From positions 32,001 through 96,000 of the IMG/VR virus record IMGVR_UViG_3300020448_000002: a stretch of DNA of 64,000 nt. One strand, given 5' to 3'. Shown one piece after another: positions 17,986 through 27,300 of this stretch (within the stretch, counting starts at the first letter, position 1; every line of letters starts with the position of its first letter). The DNA comes from a virus. Below the pieces are notes generated by a model that saw only the letters and a list, made by a program, of their open reading frames with translations, searched no databases and was not told the DNA's origin. Position numbers and translations under genes: made by a program.

Positions 17986-18225
17986 ATGACTCTCGACCAT
18001 TACAATTTCATGAAAGGGGAATTAATCGAAGTCAATAACGATATAGGGAGAATAAATTTTATATGCGAAGAATACATAACAGTAACAACAAAGCATGAAA
18101 AGAACGATACATATAAAAAAGGATATAAAGAGACTAACGTATTAGTAAGCAAGGCATATTGGAATCAAATTAAATTTATTACTAGAGAGAAACTTATCAG
18201 AGTAACGAATGAACAGAAACAATAA
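17986..18225 (+). CDS. Hypothetical protein
   Basis: ORF track. Confidence 0.6.
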   Translation: MTLDHYNFMKGELIEVNNDIGRINFICEEYITVTTKHEKNDTYKKGYKETNVLVSKAYWNQIKFITREKLIRVTNEQKQ

Positions 18226-18385
18226 ACCAATACTATTGAAAACGTCCGCAGATAAAATACGATACACTTTTACCGTACTCAAGTATATCATAATAGACAT
18301 ATGGGAGTCAATCAGAATAAACAAATATTATCGAAAATCATTAGAGGATGATTCAATATCGAAACCAAAAGAGGATATTAATTAA
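18209..18385 (+). CDS. Small hypothetical protein
   Basis: 58-codon ORF read manually. Confidence 0.35.
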   Translation: MNRNNKPILLKTSADKIRYTFTVLKYIIIDIWESIRINKYYRKSLEDDSISKPKEDIN

Positions 18386-18497
18386 TATTAAAATAAATTA
18401 GGTAGTGTTGTTGTTATCGTTATTAATATGCGATCTTAATACGGTCTTAGCGTGTAAACATACAACAGTCAAGCATCTCTCACAAATCTTAACAAAC

Positions 18498-18526
18498 TTG
18501 ACAGGCACAGAGATTTATGCCATAAT
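18498..18526 (+). promoter_or_regulatory. Sigma70-type promoter
   Basis: TTGACA-N17-CATAAT with TG extension. Confidence 0.65.
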
Positions 18527-18550
18527 GGAGTATATTAGAAGTATGCCCAG

Positions 18551-18733
18551 TTGCCTATGATTTTACCAGGAAAGTTTAAAACACTTGCCGATGGTTATCC
18601 AAATTTAAAAACTACTGAACTAATCGAATATTTTCAATTTCTTTTAGATACGGAACAAGTCACGGAGGAGACTCGGAGACATGTAGATTATTTTTTAATG
18701 GAAGGATTTTTGTACTATGTGCCAGTTGCATAA
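18551..18733 (+). CDS. Hypothetical protein
   Basis: ORF track; likely ATG start at MILPGKF. Confidence 0.6.
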   Translation: MPMILPGKFKTLADGYPNLKTTELIEYFQFLLDTEQVTEETRRHVDYFLMEGFLYYVPVA

Positions 18734-18776
18734 GTGTCCACTATAGGGTGCACAGTAGGTAACTAAGGCTTATAAT
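18719..18776 (+). promoter_or_regulatory. Palindrome/early promoter cassette
   Basis: GTGCCAGT-N6-AGTGTCCAC, 29 nt, TATAAT; ACAAAGGA leader. Confidence 0.7.
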
Positions 18777-18806
18777 AATAGTATACAAACAAAGGAACAT
18801 TTAAAA

Positions 18807-19037
18807 ATGAATCTTACACCAATCGCTGCTAATCAAACTGAAGTAGAGACAAAGAACGCTAGAGTATTTTTCAGTTATAGAACACCAGTTGCTGCTTATA
18901 TCTTTGGAGAGGGATTTGTAAAAACTTCTACTTGGTATTCAACTACAACTAGCAGACATTTAAACAAGTGGATAGGCAGAGACATTGTAGACACAGTTAA
19001 AGAGGTTCCACAGGAGTTACTTGACAACCTAGTATAA
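18807..19037 (+). CDS. Conserved phage hypothetical protein
   Basis: VFFSYRTPVAA...STTTSRHLNKW motif. Confidence 0.7.
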   Translation: MNLTPIAANQTEVETKNARVFFSYRTPVAAYIFGEGFVKTSTWYSTTTSRHLNKWIGRDIVDTVKEVPQELLDNLV

Positions 19038-19049
19038 GTATACTATAAT
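19021..19049 (+). promoter_or_regulatory. Perfect consensus sigma70 promoter
   Basis: TTGACA(19021)-N17-TATAAT(19044). Confidence 0.75.
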
Positions 19050-19052
19050 ACA

Positions 19053-19076
19053 GGGGACAGTTAAGTCCCTTTTTTA
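19053..19076 (+). terminator. Intrinsic terminator
   Basis: GGGAC-agttaa-GTCCC followed by a T-run. Confidence 0.7.
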
Positions 19077-19212
19077 TTGCCGACAGTTAGCCGTTCTGTC
19101 GGTTATATTAATTCGGCCACTACCCTAACCTACAAAGGTTCCCCAAAGCGTGTGTGATATATAATTCAAAATAAAAAAATCCCCCATATAAAAAATTTCC
19201 CCAGAGGTAAAA

Positions 19213-19422
19213 ATGACAAGACAGGATGATCGTGTATGGTGTATTGAACAGTTGATAAGGAAAGAGGGGTTTTTAGATCCTAGAATGTATGAATGTGCAC
19301 AACAATGTGCTATATCTGGTAGACCTGAGAGTAAGGAATCTCTATATACATCATGGGAGGATTGGAAGAATATGCATCCTCAAGATTTTCCCCTTAACAA
19401 TAGTCAGAGAAATAAACTATGA
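19213..19422 (+). CDS. Hypothetical protein
   Basis: ORF track; GAGGT RBS. Confidence 0.65.
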   Translation: MTRQDDRVWCIEQLIRKEGFLDPRMYECAQQCAISGRPESKESLYTSWEDWKNMHPQDFPLNNSQRNKL

Positions 19423-19580
19423 GTAAAAGATTCACTACACGGTTAGAAGAAGATGACTATGGAGACCTCATCTTAACAATACCGTACGAAGTATGTGAAG
19501 AACTTGGTTGGACAACAGAGTGTGATTTATCATATGATATAACAGAGGATAGTTTTACATTGAAAAAATTAGAAGACTAA
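19419..19580 (+). CDS. AbrB/MazE-like swapped-hairpin DNA-binding protein
   Basis: 53-codon ORF read manually: GDLILTIPYEVCEELGW...LSY...FTLKK. Confidence 0.55.
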   Translation: MSKRFTTRLEEDDYGDLILTIPYEVCEELGWTTECDLSYDITEDSFTLKKLED

Positions 19581-19608
19581 ATAGCCGTGAGGCATTTCTG
19601 AACTTACT

Positions 19609-19863
19609 ATGAGTTTTATTAAAGAACAGGTAAAAAGATTTTTTACTACAGGGAAGTGGGCACTCAAATTGATCTTCCTTGTAGTACTTGTTGAATTGGG
19701 TATAGTTGTTGGTGCTATTGCGACTCAAGAGTTAGATGAGAATGATAGCAATAACATCAAACACATCTTGTCTCTAGTTGCTACAAAGTCCTTTGCTTTA
19801 TATGCAGCAGAGAAAGGTAATGGTAATGATCGGTATGCTAAACTTAAAGAATCTGAAGCTTAA
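19609..19863 (+). CDS. Hypothetical membrane protein
   Basis: Hydrophobic segment LKLIFLVVLVELGIVVGAIA; CTAAATA upstream. Confidence 0.6.
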   Translation: MSFIKEQVKRFFTTGKWALKLIFLVVLVELGIVVGAIATQELDENDSNNIKHILSLVATKSFALYAAEKGNGNDRYAKLKESEA

Positions 19864-19948
19864 GAGACTCTTACAGAGGTCTTTTCCGAATAAAAAGATA
19901 GTGATTACAGATAATAAGGATGGTTCACAGACCATTTCTATTACTTAA
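19820..19948 (+). CDS. Small hypothetical protein
   Basis: 42-codon ORF filling the gap before 19967. Confidence 0.35.
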   Translation: MVMIGMLNLKNLKLKRLLQRSFPNKKIVITDNKDGSQTISIT

Positions 19949-19966
19949 ATTCCCGCGATCCACATT

Positions 19967-20575
19967 ATGCCGAGAATATTTGAATTATTTCCTACTCCTG
20001 TGTTTGAATCGGGGATTACTCCCTGTGAGGAGTGGGTGCGTTTCGCTTCCGATGTTCCATATGACCGTTATCCACGCGACCCGAACTCGATTTCGATTGA
20101 TAAGAACGTATTAGATAGTATTCCTGTACTAAAAGAAGAGATTACAAACGCTTGTAAGGTGTATGCATACGAGTATTTGGGAGTAATGGAGCACAATGAT
20201 GTTTATATTAGTCGTTCATGGTGTGTAAAACATGTGAAAGGGGACTGGGCGGGACTTCATGCTCATATAAACTCAATATGGAGTGGAATATATTACCTTA
20301 AGTGTGATGATCATAGTGGAAATGTAGTATTTGAGAAGAGTTGGGGACATAATACATGCTTTACTAGTACAATGCAACCTGATCATATGATTAATCATCT
20401 AAATCAGGACGCTTTTTCGTTTACTCCTGTAGATGGTAGTCTGTTAATCTTCCCTTCTCATCTTCAACATAAGGTATTAGAGAGTAATTCTGTAAAAGAT
20501 CGTTATTGTATTGCGTTTGATGTTTACATAAAAGGAGAAATAGGGTATACTAATGGTAATGGTATTACTCTATGA
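19967..20575 (+). CDS. 2OG-Fe(II) oxygenase, TIGR02466-like
   Basis: LFPTPVF, SW, HAH.NS.WSGIYY, IFPSHLQHKV, RYCIAFD. Confidence 0.85.
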   Translation: MPRIFELFPTPVFESGITPCEEWVRFASDVPYDRYPRDPNSISIDKNVLDSIPVLKEEITNACKVYAYEYLGVMEHNDVYISRSWCVKHVKGDWAGLHAHINSIWSGIYYLKCDDHSGNVVFEKSWGHNTCFTSTMQPDHMINHLNQDAFSFTPVDGSLLIFPSHLQHKVLESNSVKDRYCIAFDVYIKGEIGYTNGNGITL

Positions 20576-20787
20576 TTAGGGAATGTGGTAAATGTGGTGC
20601 TCGTTGGTTAGATGGGCAACTATATTGGGCAGATGGCAAGATGGCATGTCCTCATGATCTTGCAGGTCTCGTCTGTAATCTCACTGATCTAGTCGAAGAG
20701 GGTAATTGTATTAACCCCTGCAAAGGATCCACAAGTGGTATGACATGGAGACATCGTGAGATACTCCTAGATTACTACGATATATAA
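20572..20787 (+). CDS. Small Cys-rich protein
   Basis: CGKCGARWLDGQLYW...DLAGLVCN...CINPC. Confidence 0.65.
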   Translation: MIRECGKCGARWLDGQLYWADGKMACPHDLAGLVCNLTDLVEEGNCINPCKGSTSGMTWRHREILLDYYDI

Positions 20788-20798
20788 AAATAAACACT

Positions 20799-21014
20799 AT
20801 GGTTAACCTTAGAGATAAAATTCTCGCTTCTCAAATTAGTTACTATCAAGGATTAATTTGTAAACACCAACAAAATGTTGAGATCTATCTCAATCAACCT
20901 GTAGGTATTGGTGAGCATCCTGATGTAATGGGTGCAATAGACCAAGAAATTGCGGCTATCGCTCAAAATCATGAAAAGATTGACATTATCAATCACTATT
21001 TCTTAAATGCCTAA
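20799..21014 (+). CDS. Conserved phage hypothetical protein
   Basis: NVEIYLNQPVGIGEHPDVM motif. Confidence 0.7.
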   Translation: MVNLRDKILASQISYYQGLICKHQQNVEIYLNQPVGIGEHPDVMGAIDQEIAAIAQNHEKIDIINHYFLNA

Positions 21015-21273
21015 GTACGAACTAGAAGGAGCATACGACGAACACTGGAGAGAACAATGGAAGTTCAACCAGACTGTTGGTGGTGCTTTGGAAGAGATCG
21101 CAAATAGACTTACAGAACTAGAAAAAACAGTCTCAGAACTGCCTACAAGTGACAAAACCTACTATAAAGCATACGGTTATAAGGATTATGACACCTTATA
21201 TGGCACTCTAGACACTATTTTTAAGCGTTTAGACGATTTAGAAGGCAAAAAACGCACTTTTGGTAAACTTTAA
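21007..21273 (+). CDS. Hypothetical coiled-coil protein
   Basis: ORF track. Confidence 0.6.
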   Translation: MPKYELEGAYDEHWREQWKFNQTVGGALEEIANRLTELEKTVSELPTSDKTYYKAYGYKDYDTLYGTLDTIFKRLDDLEGKKRTFGKL

Positions 21274-21283
21274 CCCTATTTTT

Positions 21284-21388
21284 ATGAAAAAACCTAAAAA
21301 AACACGTCAAGGTAACGGATTATGCACAAAAATTGCTGCTACATCACGAAATAAAGCAAAAAAACGTTATCGTGGTCAAGGTAAGTGA
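21284..21388 (+). CDS. Small highly basic protein (…KKRYRGQGK)
   Basis: 34-codon ORF read manually; GTGA overlap with the next gene. Confidence 0.6.
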   Translation: MKKPKKTRQGNGLCTKIAATSRNKAKKRYRGQGK

Positions 21389-21579
21389 GTGACGCAATAA
21401 ATGAGGCTTGGAGTGAATCTAGGATCAACAAACCAAAAAAATATCCGATGCCATTATGGTTAACGGATGAAGAATTTGATAAAATGGTGGAATCTTTATG
21501 GATCAGAAGAAATTCAGATGATCTATGCAAAAAATTATGGACAAGAATGAGTGCAATAAAAGGTTGTTTGCCTGACTAA
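21385..21579 (+). CDS. Hypothetical protein
   Basis: ORF track. Confidence 0.55.
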   Translation: MSDAINEAWSESRINKPKKYPMPLWLTDEEFDKMVESLWIRRNSDDLCKKLWTRMSAIKGCLPD

Positions 21580-21603
21580 ATATAATTAGTTAGATTATGG
21601 ATC

Positions 21604-21942
21604 GTGACTTATCAGGCATTACCTCAAGGATTGTACATTAAAGACTCTCCTGTAGCAGGGCAAGGCATATTTACTAGTAAATTCCTTGAAGTTGGCACAG
21701 AATTAGGTATGTCTCACATAGTTATCGCAGATGAGATCATTAGAACTCCTCTTGGAGGGTTTATTAACCATAATGATTTTCCAAACTGTGAAAAATTATG
21801 TCCAAGGGTGGAAAAAATGTATAATTTGACCAAAACCCATTATAAGTCAATAAAGAAATATTATGTAAAGGTTATTAAACCTATTGGTGAAGGTGAAGAA
21901 TTATTTTTGAATTACACTTTCTATAAGGTAAATGGCAATTAA
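21604..21942 (+). CDS. SET-domain protein (putative lysine methyltransferase)
   Basis: SPVAGQGIF (GxG), GGFINH...PNC, IxxGEELFLNY. Confidence 0.8.
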   Translation: MTYQALPQGLYIKDSPVAGQGIFTSKFLEVGTELGMSHIVIADEIIRTPLGGFINHNDFPNCEKLCPRVEKMYNLTKTHYKSIKKYYVKVIKPIGEGEELFLNYTFYKVNGN

Positions 21943-22351
21943 AGAGGTAAGAGGTAATAAAGATAACCTTTCACGTGGTTTTAAAGACGTTGGTATGAGT
22001 TTTTTACTCAATGTCTTTACAAAAGATGCTGCGGTGGTGAAGAATGAGAATGCCATTAAACAATCTATCAAGAATTTAGTACTAACACAAAAGGGGGAAA
22101 AGTTGTTTCAACCTGAGCTAGGGTCTGGTGTATATGAATTACTCTTTGAACCTATGGATCCGTTTACAGCAGATTCTATTAGGGATGAGATAATAAATAC
22201 TCTTGGACAGTATGAACCTCGAATTAGTATTCTAGAGGTAGATGTGGAACCTAATGAAGACACTAACACGTTTGATGTTACGGTTGAATATAGAATTGTA
22301 GGACAACCTATAGTGGAAACAGTCAACTTCATCTTGCAGAGACCCGAATAA
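21932..22351 (+). CDS. gp25: Baseplate wedge subunit gp25
   Basis: AIKQSIKNLVLT..GEKLFQP.LGS...LLFE...YEPRI; directly upstream of gp6. Confidence 0.9.
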   Translation: MAIKEVRGNKDNLSRGFKDVGMSFLLNVFTKDAAVVKNENAIKQSIKNLVLTQKGEKLFQPELGSGVYELLFEPMDPFTADSIRDEIINTLGQYEPRISILEVDVEPNEDTNTFDVTVEYRIVGQPIVETVNFILQRPE

Positions 22352-24378
22352 TGCAACCAAATAATTTAACAGCATTAGATTTTGGTGATATTAAGGCATC
22401 AATCAAATCATATCTAAGAACTAGGACAGAGTTTACCGATTATGACTTTGAAGGTGCTGCTTTATCATATCTAATAGACACATTAGCATATAATACCTAT
22501 TATACTGCCTTCAACGCTAATATGGCGATGAATGAGGCATTCTTACCATCCGCTACAGTAAGAGATAACGTTGTTAATATAGCAAAACTACTAAACTATG
22601 TTCCGACCTCTATAGTTGCTTCTAGGGCAACTGTATCGTTGGTAGTTCAATGTCAGCAAACAAGTGATGTATATCCAAGTACAGTAACCTTGAAAAAGGG
22701 TGCAATACTACAGGGTGGTTCCTTTATGTGGAACATTCTAGCAGATACTACAGTTTCTGTCGATCCAACAACAGGAATTGCAAACTTTAACAGTTTAGTT
22801 GTCAAACAGGGAACAATTCTTAACTTCTCATACGTAGTTAATACATTTGCTTCTCAAATTTACAAGATTCCTTCAGAAAATTGCGATATATCAACTTTAT
22901 CAGTTAATGTAAAAGCAACCGAGACATCCACAACCTCTGATTTATACACTAGAGTTGATACTATCAGTAATCTTACCGCTACATCACGTATTTACTTCAT
23001 CTCAGAAGGTGAGGACATGCGTTATGAGTTGAAATTTGGAGATGATAGTATTGGTAGAGCATTAAGTGATGGTGAGGTTGTAACACTAGAGTATCTTGTT
23101 ACTGACGGTGAACCTGCTAATGATGTCAATATATTCAACTTCATTGGTAGACTATCAGATAGTGCAGGTAGATCATATACTTCACAAGCGGTAACTATGA
23201 CTTTGAATGAGAAGTCAGGTTATGGAGAGAGTGCTGAGTCTATAGAATCTATTAAATATAATGCTCCTAGGTATTATTCCTCACAGTATAGAGCAGTAAC
23301 TGCTCAAGATTACGCAATCATCACTAAAAAAGTGTATGATAACGCACATTCCGTAGTTGCGTATGGTGGAGATTCACTAAATCCTCCAATTTACGGTAAA
23401 GTTTACATTGCTATTAAGACAAAGACAGGATCTTTGCTTAATGATCAAACTAAAAAGAGTATTGCTGCGGATTTACGCGGTTATGCGATGGCATCTATCG
23501 ACCCTGTGGTCATTGATCCAGAAAATGTATACATCTATCCTAAAGTTTTTGTACAATATGACACGGGATGCGGAAGTGATACATCAACTATTAAGACAAA
23601 TGTATCATCTGCAATAGAAGATTGGGCAACACAGACAGAAATAAACAACTTTAACTCAACATTTAGATCATCTGCATTTGAAAAGGCAATTACACTAGCA
23701 GACAAGTGTGTTAGTGACGTTTCACTTCAAACTACAGTATTACGATATATTCTACCTACTACCAATCAAACTAATACTTATAGCATCTCTACTGGATCCG
23801 CACTCTATAATAGTGCTCCTTCTAAAGACGGTAGTGATGGAACTAATCCAAAAGAACCAATTCTCCTATCAGGATCATTTAGAACATCAGATAGACCAGG
23901 TGTTGATCAACAGTTTGAAGATGATGGATACGGAAACTTGAGAACTTACTACAATACAGGAACAAGAAAGATCTATACTAATAATGCTGCAGGAACTTGT
24001 AACTATGATACTGGTGAAATTGCTTTTGGACCTGTTGCAATTATCGGTGCGGGTGCAAACTTCTCAACAACTGGTGTAAATATTACTAATACTTCTACAG
24101 GAGCAGGGTCTGTAACTGATTCAACATTACTTCCTGTAGATTTACAAATTCCCGTTCAATTTATTCCAGCGAACTCAAATAGCATTCCTGCCTCAACTCC
24201 TGGTACAATTATTAATATTGTGTTACCAGAAATCACAGTTGCACCTGTAGGAACCGCACCACCTCCCACTATACCACTAAATAGTTTGACACCGACTATT
24301 TTTGACCAGACACCATCAACTGTGGCAATCACAACAAGTCTGGGCAGCACAACTAACTTAAATACTACCTCTTATTAG
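22351..24378 (+). CDS. gp6: Baseplate wedge subunit gp6
   Basis: LDF..IK, FTDYDFEG, LAYNTYY..FNANM..NE.FL.SA..R, FGD, RAVTAQDY. Confidence 0.92.
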   Translation: MQPNNLTALDFGDIKASIKSYLRTRTEFTDYDFEGAALSYLIDTLAYNTYYTAFNANMAMNEAFLPSATVRDNVVNIAKLLNYVPTSIVASRATVSLVVQCQQTSDVYPSTVTLKKGAILQGGSFMWNILADTTVSVDPTTGIANFNSLVVKQGTILNFSYVVNTFASQIYKIPSENCDISTLSVNVKATETSTTSDLYTRVDTISNLTATSRIYFISEGEDMRYELKFGDDSIGRALSDGEVVTLEYLVTDGEPANDVNIFNFIGRLSDSAGRSYTSQAVTMTLNEKSGYGESAESIESIKYNAPRYYSSQYRAVTAQDYAIITKKVYDNAHSVVAYGGDSLNPPIYGKVYIAIKTKTGSLLNDQTKKSIAADLRGYAMASIDPVVIDPENVYIYPKVFVQYDTGCGSDTSTIKTNVSSAIEDWATQTEINNFNSTFRSSAFEKAITLADKCVSDVSLQTTVLRYILPTTNQTNTYSISTGSALYNSAPSKDGSDGTNPKEPILLSGSFRTSDRPGVDQQFEDDGYGNLRTYYNTGTRKIYTNNAAGTCNYDTGEIAFGPVAIIGAGANFSTTGVNITNTSTGAGSVTDSTLLPVDLQIPVQFIPANSNSIPASTPGTIINIVLPEITVAPVGTAPPPTIPLNSLTPTIFDQTPSTVAITTSLGSTTNLNTTSY

Positions 24379-24383
24379 AGTAG

Positions 24384-27300
24384 ATGACGAATATTAACAA
24401 GGTATCACAAGCGGTTGTCTCACAGACACCAGATTTCGTAGAGTCAGATTATCCACTCTTCAACCGTTTCCTTGAGTACTATTATGCATCTCAGGAGAAA
24501 ACGGGTTTAGGACAGAATATATTAAACAATTTTCTAGGATATCTTGACATTGATAAACTAGATATTAGTATTTTAGATGGTGCAACAAAGGTTAGAGAAG
24601 CAATAACTGCAACTAGTGATAGAATTGTTGTAGAGAGTGTAGATAGTTTTCTAGAGAAGAATGGAACAATATTAGTTGATGGTGAAGTAATATTCTATGA
24701 AAGCACAACATCCTCACCAAACATTGCACTAACACCTGGTGTTAACTACGATCAGGTAAAATTAAAGTGGGATGAACTAGCAAGTCCTTTAACAAGTTTT
24801 GACGGAACTACATCAAGGTTCCCATTAACCTCTCAATCTAATCCCGTAGGTCCTCCATCTGCACAACATTTGATTGTAAGGGTATATGGTGATTGGTTAC
24901 TTCCTAATGTTGATTATACTATTGATGGTGATCATATTGTATTCACTAATCCTCCAAGAGCAAGAGTTGTTGCTGATGATGCATCATATACTTACATTAC
25001 ATACCTAAACGGTTTTGTTGAGAACCAAATCGTTGCTATGGATAATATCTCTGGTGCGTTTGGTGAAAATAAGAGACAATTTACTATTACGCGGAATGGA
25101 GTAAGATATGAACCTACTGTAGATGAATATTGTCTTGCGATATATGATAATAAGTTAATGATACCTAAAGTTGACTTCTTTATTGATGGTGATCAGTTTA
25201 TTTTCAATACTGCTCCATTAAACGGAAGAATACTTTCTTTCTATGTTATTGAAGCACCTATCCCTTCATTTGGTAAAGATGCTGTTGGATTTGCTCAAGT
25301 TGATGATGCAGGTACACTTACTGGTATTACTGTTAATAATACAGGTTCTCAATATAGATTCCAGTATCCTCCGCAAGTATCTGTTAACTCTGATACTGGA
25401 TCGGGTGCATCTGCAACTGCTCTTGTAAATGGTGTTAAAACTCTTTCTCTACTAAACGGTGGTTTTGGTTATAGTGAAACTAATCCTCCAGTAGTTCAAG
25501 TTGAATCTCCAACTTTAGATGGTTCTCAACAAGCAACTTTAAAAGCAACAGTTACTAATGGTGCTGTTTCTTCTCTTGAAATAGTCAATTCTGGGTCAGG
25601 ATATACATTTACACCTAGAATCACTTTCCGACAGCCAGGAGGTTGTACACTGGGCACTGGGCAGATATTAAATGGATCTATTAGTGCAGTTCCTCCTATT
25701 ACTTACGGTGGATTTGGATATACAACTGCTCCTGTAGTTTATGTTGATGAACCTACAGGTGAATCACCAATTAGAGCAAATATTCAAGCAACTGTTCTAA
25801 ATGGGGAAGTTACTGCTCTTACAATCTTAAATGCAGGACAAGGATATACTTCTACACCTAGAATTGCGATTATTGATCCAGTTGGTGCACAAGTTTTAGA
25901 AACTGTTATTGATACTGACGGAAGAGTAACTTCTATTGAACTTTTAGATGGTGGTAATGGATATGAAGACGTTCCCTCAGTTTATATTGTTGATAATAGA
26001 TTAGATGATAGAGGAACATTTATTGGTGGAACTGGTGCTACAGCATCAGCATCGATCTTTAATGGTAGAATTACTGATATTAACGTTACTGAGTTTGGAA
26101 GTGGGTACAGTCAAACTACTCCTCCTACTGTTGTTATTCAAGCACCTCCTTCAGCAGATGCATCTGCAAGTATTGGTGTAAATGAGGTTACTGGATTTAA
26201 TATTAATCAAAACGGATCAGGATATACAAAAGCACAGTTTATTGGATGTGCTAGAGCTGCAAGTGCTATTACTTCTTATACAGAAAGTGGTAATGCTGTA
26301 TTTACTGAAACAACTAGTGCAGTAGCTCATTCACTTGACTCTCCTGTTAAGTGTTTAGATGCATTATTTGTTAAAAGGCTACTTGATAAGTATACTCAAC
26401 AATATCTACCTGATGTTCCTTCATTAGATTATAATACAATCGATGTAAGAACTGCTATCAAGACTATTAAAGACTTTTACAGTTGTAAAGGAACTTCTTA
26501 CAGTATTGCATATCTTTTTAAACTTCTTTATGGTGAGCAAGTCAATATATCATATCCTAAAGATCAAATCATTAAACCATCTGCTGCAACATGGTCTATT
26601 GATACAATTCTTCGTGCAACTATAGTAAGTGGTGATCCTGCTAATATTAGAGACGGTCTTTTAACTCAAGATGCTGATATCGCTGATGAAAACATAAGAG
26701 CAGCAAGTGCACTTGTAGAAAACTTTATTTCAATTAAAACATCACAAACAGAAATATATGAATTAATTCTTTCAGAAGAAACCATTGATGGAACATTTAT
26801 AGTCCCTTATAAGACAAAACTAGCAGAACCTCTTAATCAAACAGAAGGTATTATAACTGTTGACTCTACAATCGGTTGGCCAGAAAGAAACGGTGAATTT
26901 TTGATTGGTAGTTCATCTGATACTGCAGAACTCATTCAATATAAGGAAAAATCACTAAACCAGTTCATTGAGTGTACTAGATCAGTCAATAACGTAGTTG
27001 AGGACTGGGATTCTGCTACTGAAGTAAAATCTAACTTTAAAGTATACGTTAATAAGGGAACTGCTCAAGAAGTAATAATGAATGTTGTTGGTATCGTTGA
27101 TGCTCAACAAACTACTCTTACTGACACTGGTTCTTATTACTTACCTGGCGATAAATTAGCAATTTCTAAATTAGGTGGAACAGATACTAGTTCTGAACTA
27201 ATTACTTGGTTGTATAACGTTAAAAAGTTAATTGCAATCACTGGAATTACATTTGGTGGTATCAATGATCAAGCTGCTACTGTAACTTGTGCAAACCCTC

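Noticed and set aside
11007-18776. Palindromic repeats as a CRISPR array or integron attC sites
   Set aside because: Spacing is 0.5-2 kb with genes between, copies are degenerate, no cas gene or integrase is in the window, and the fixed distance to -10 boxes favours promoters.
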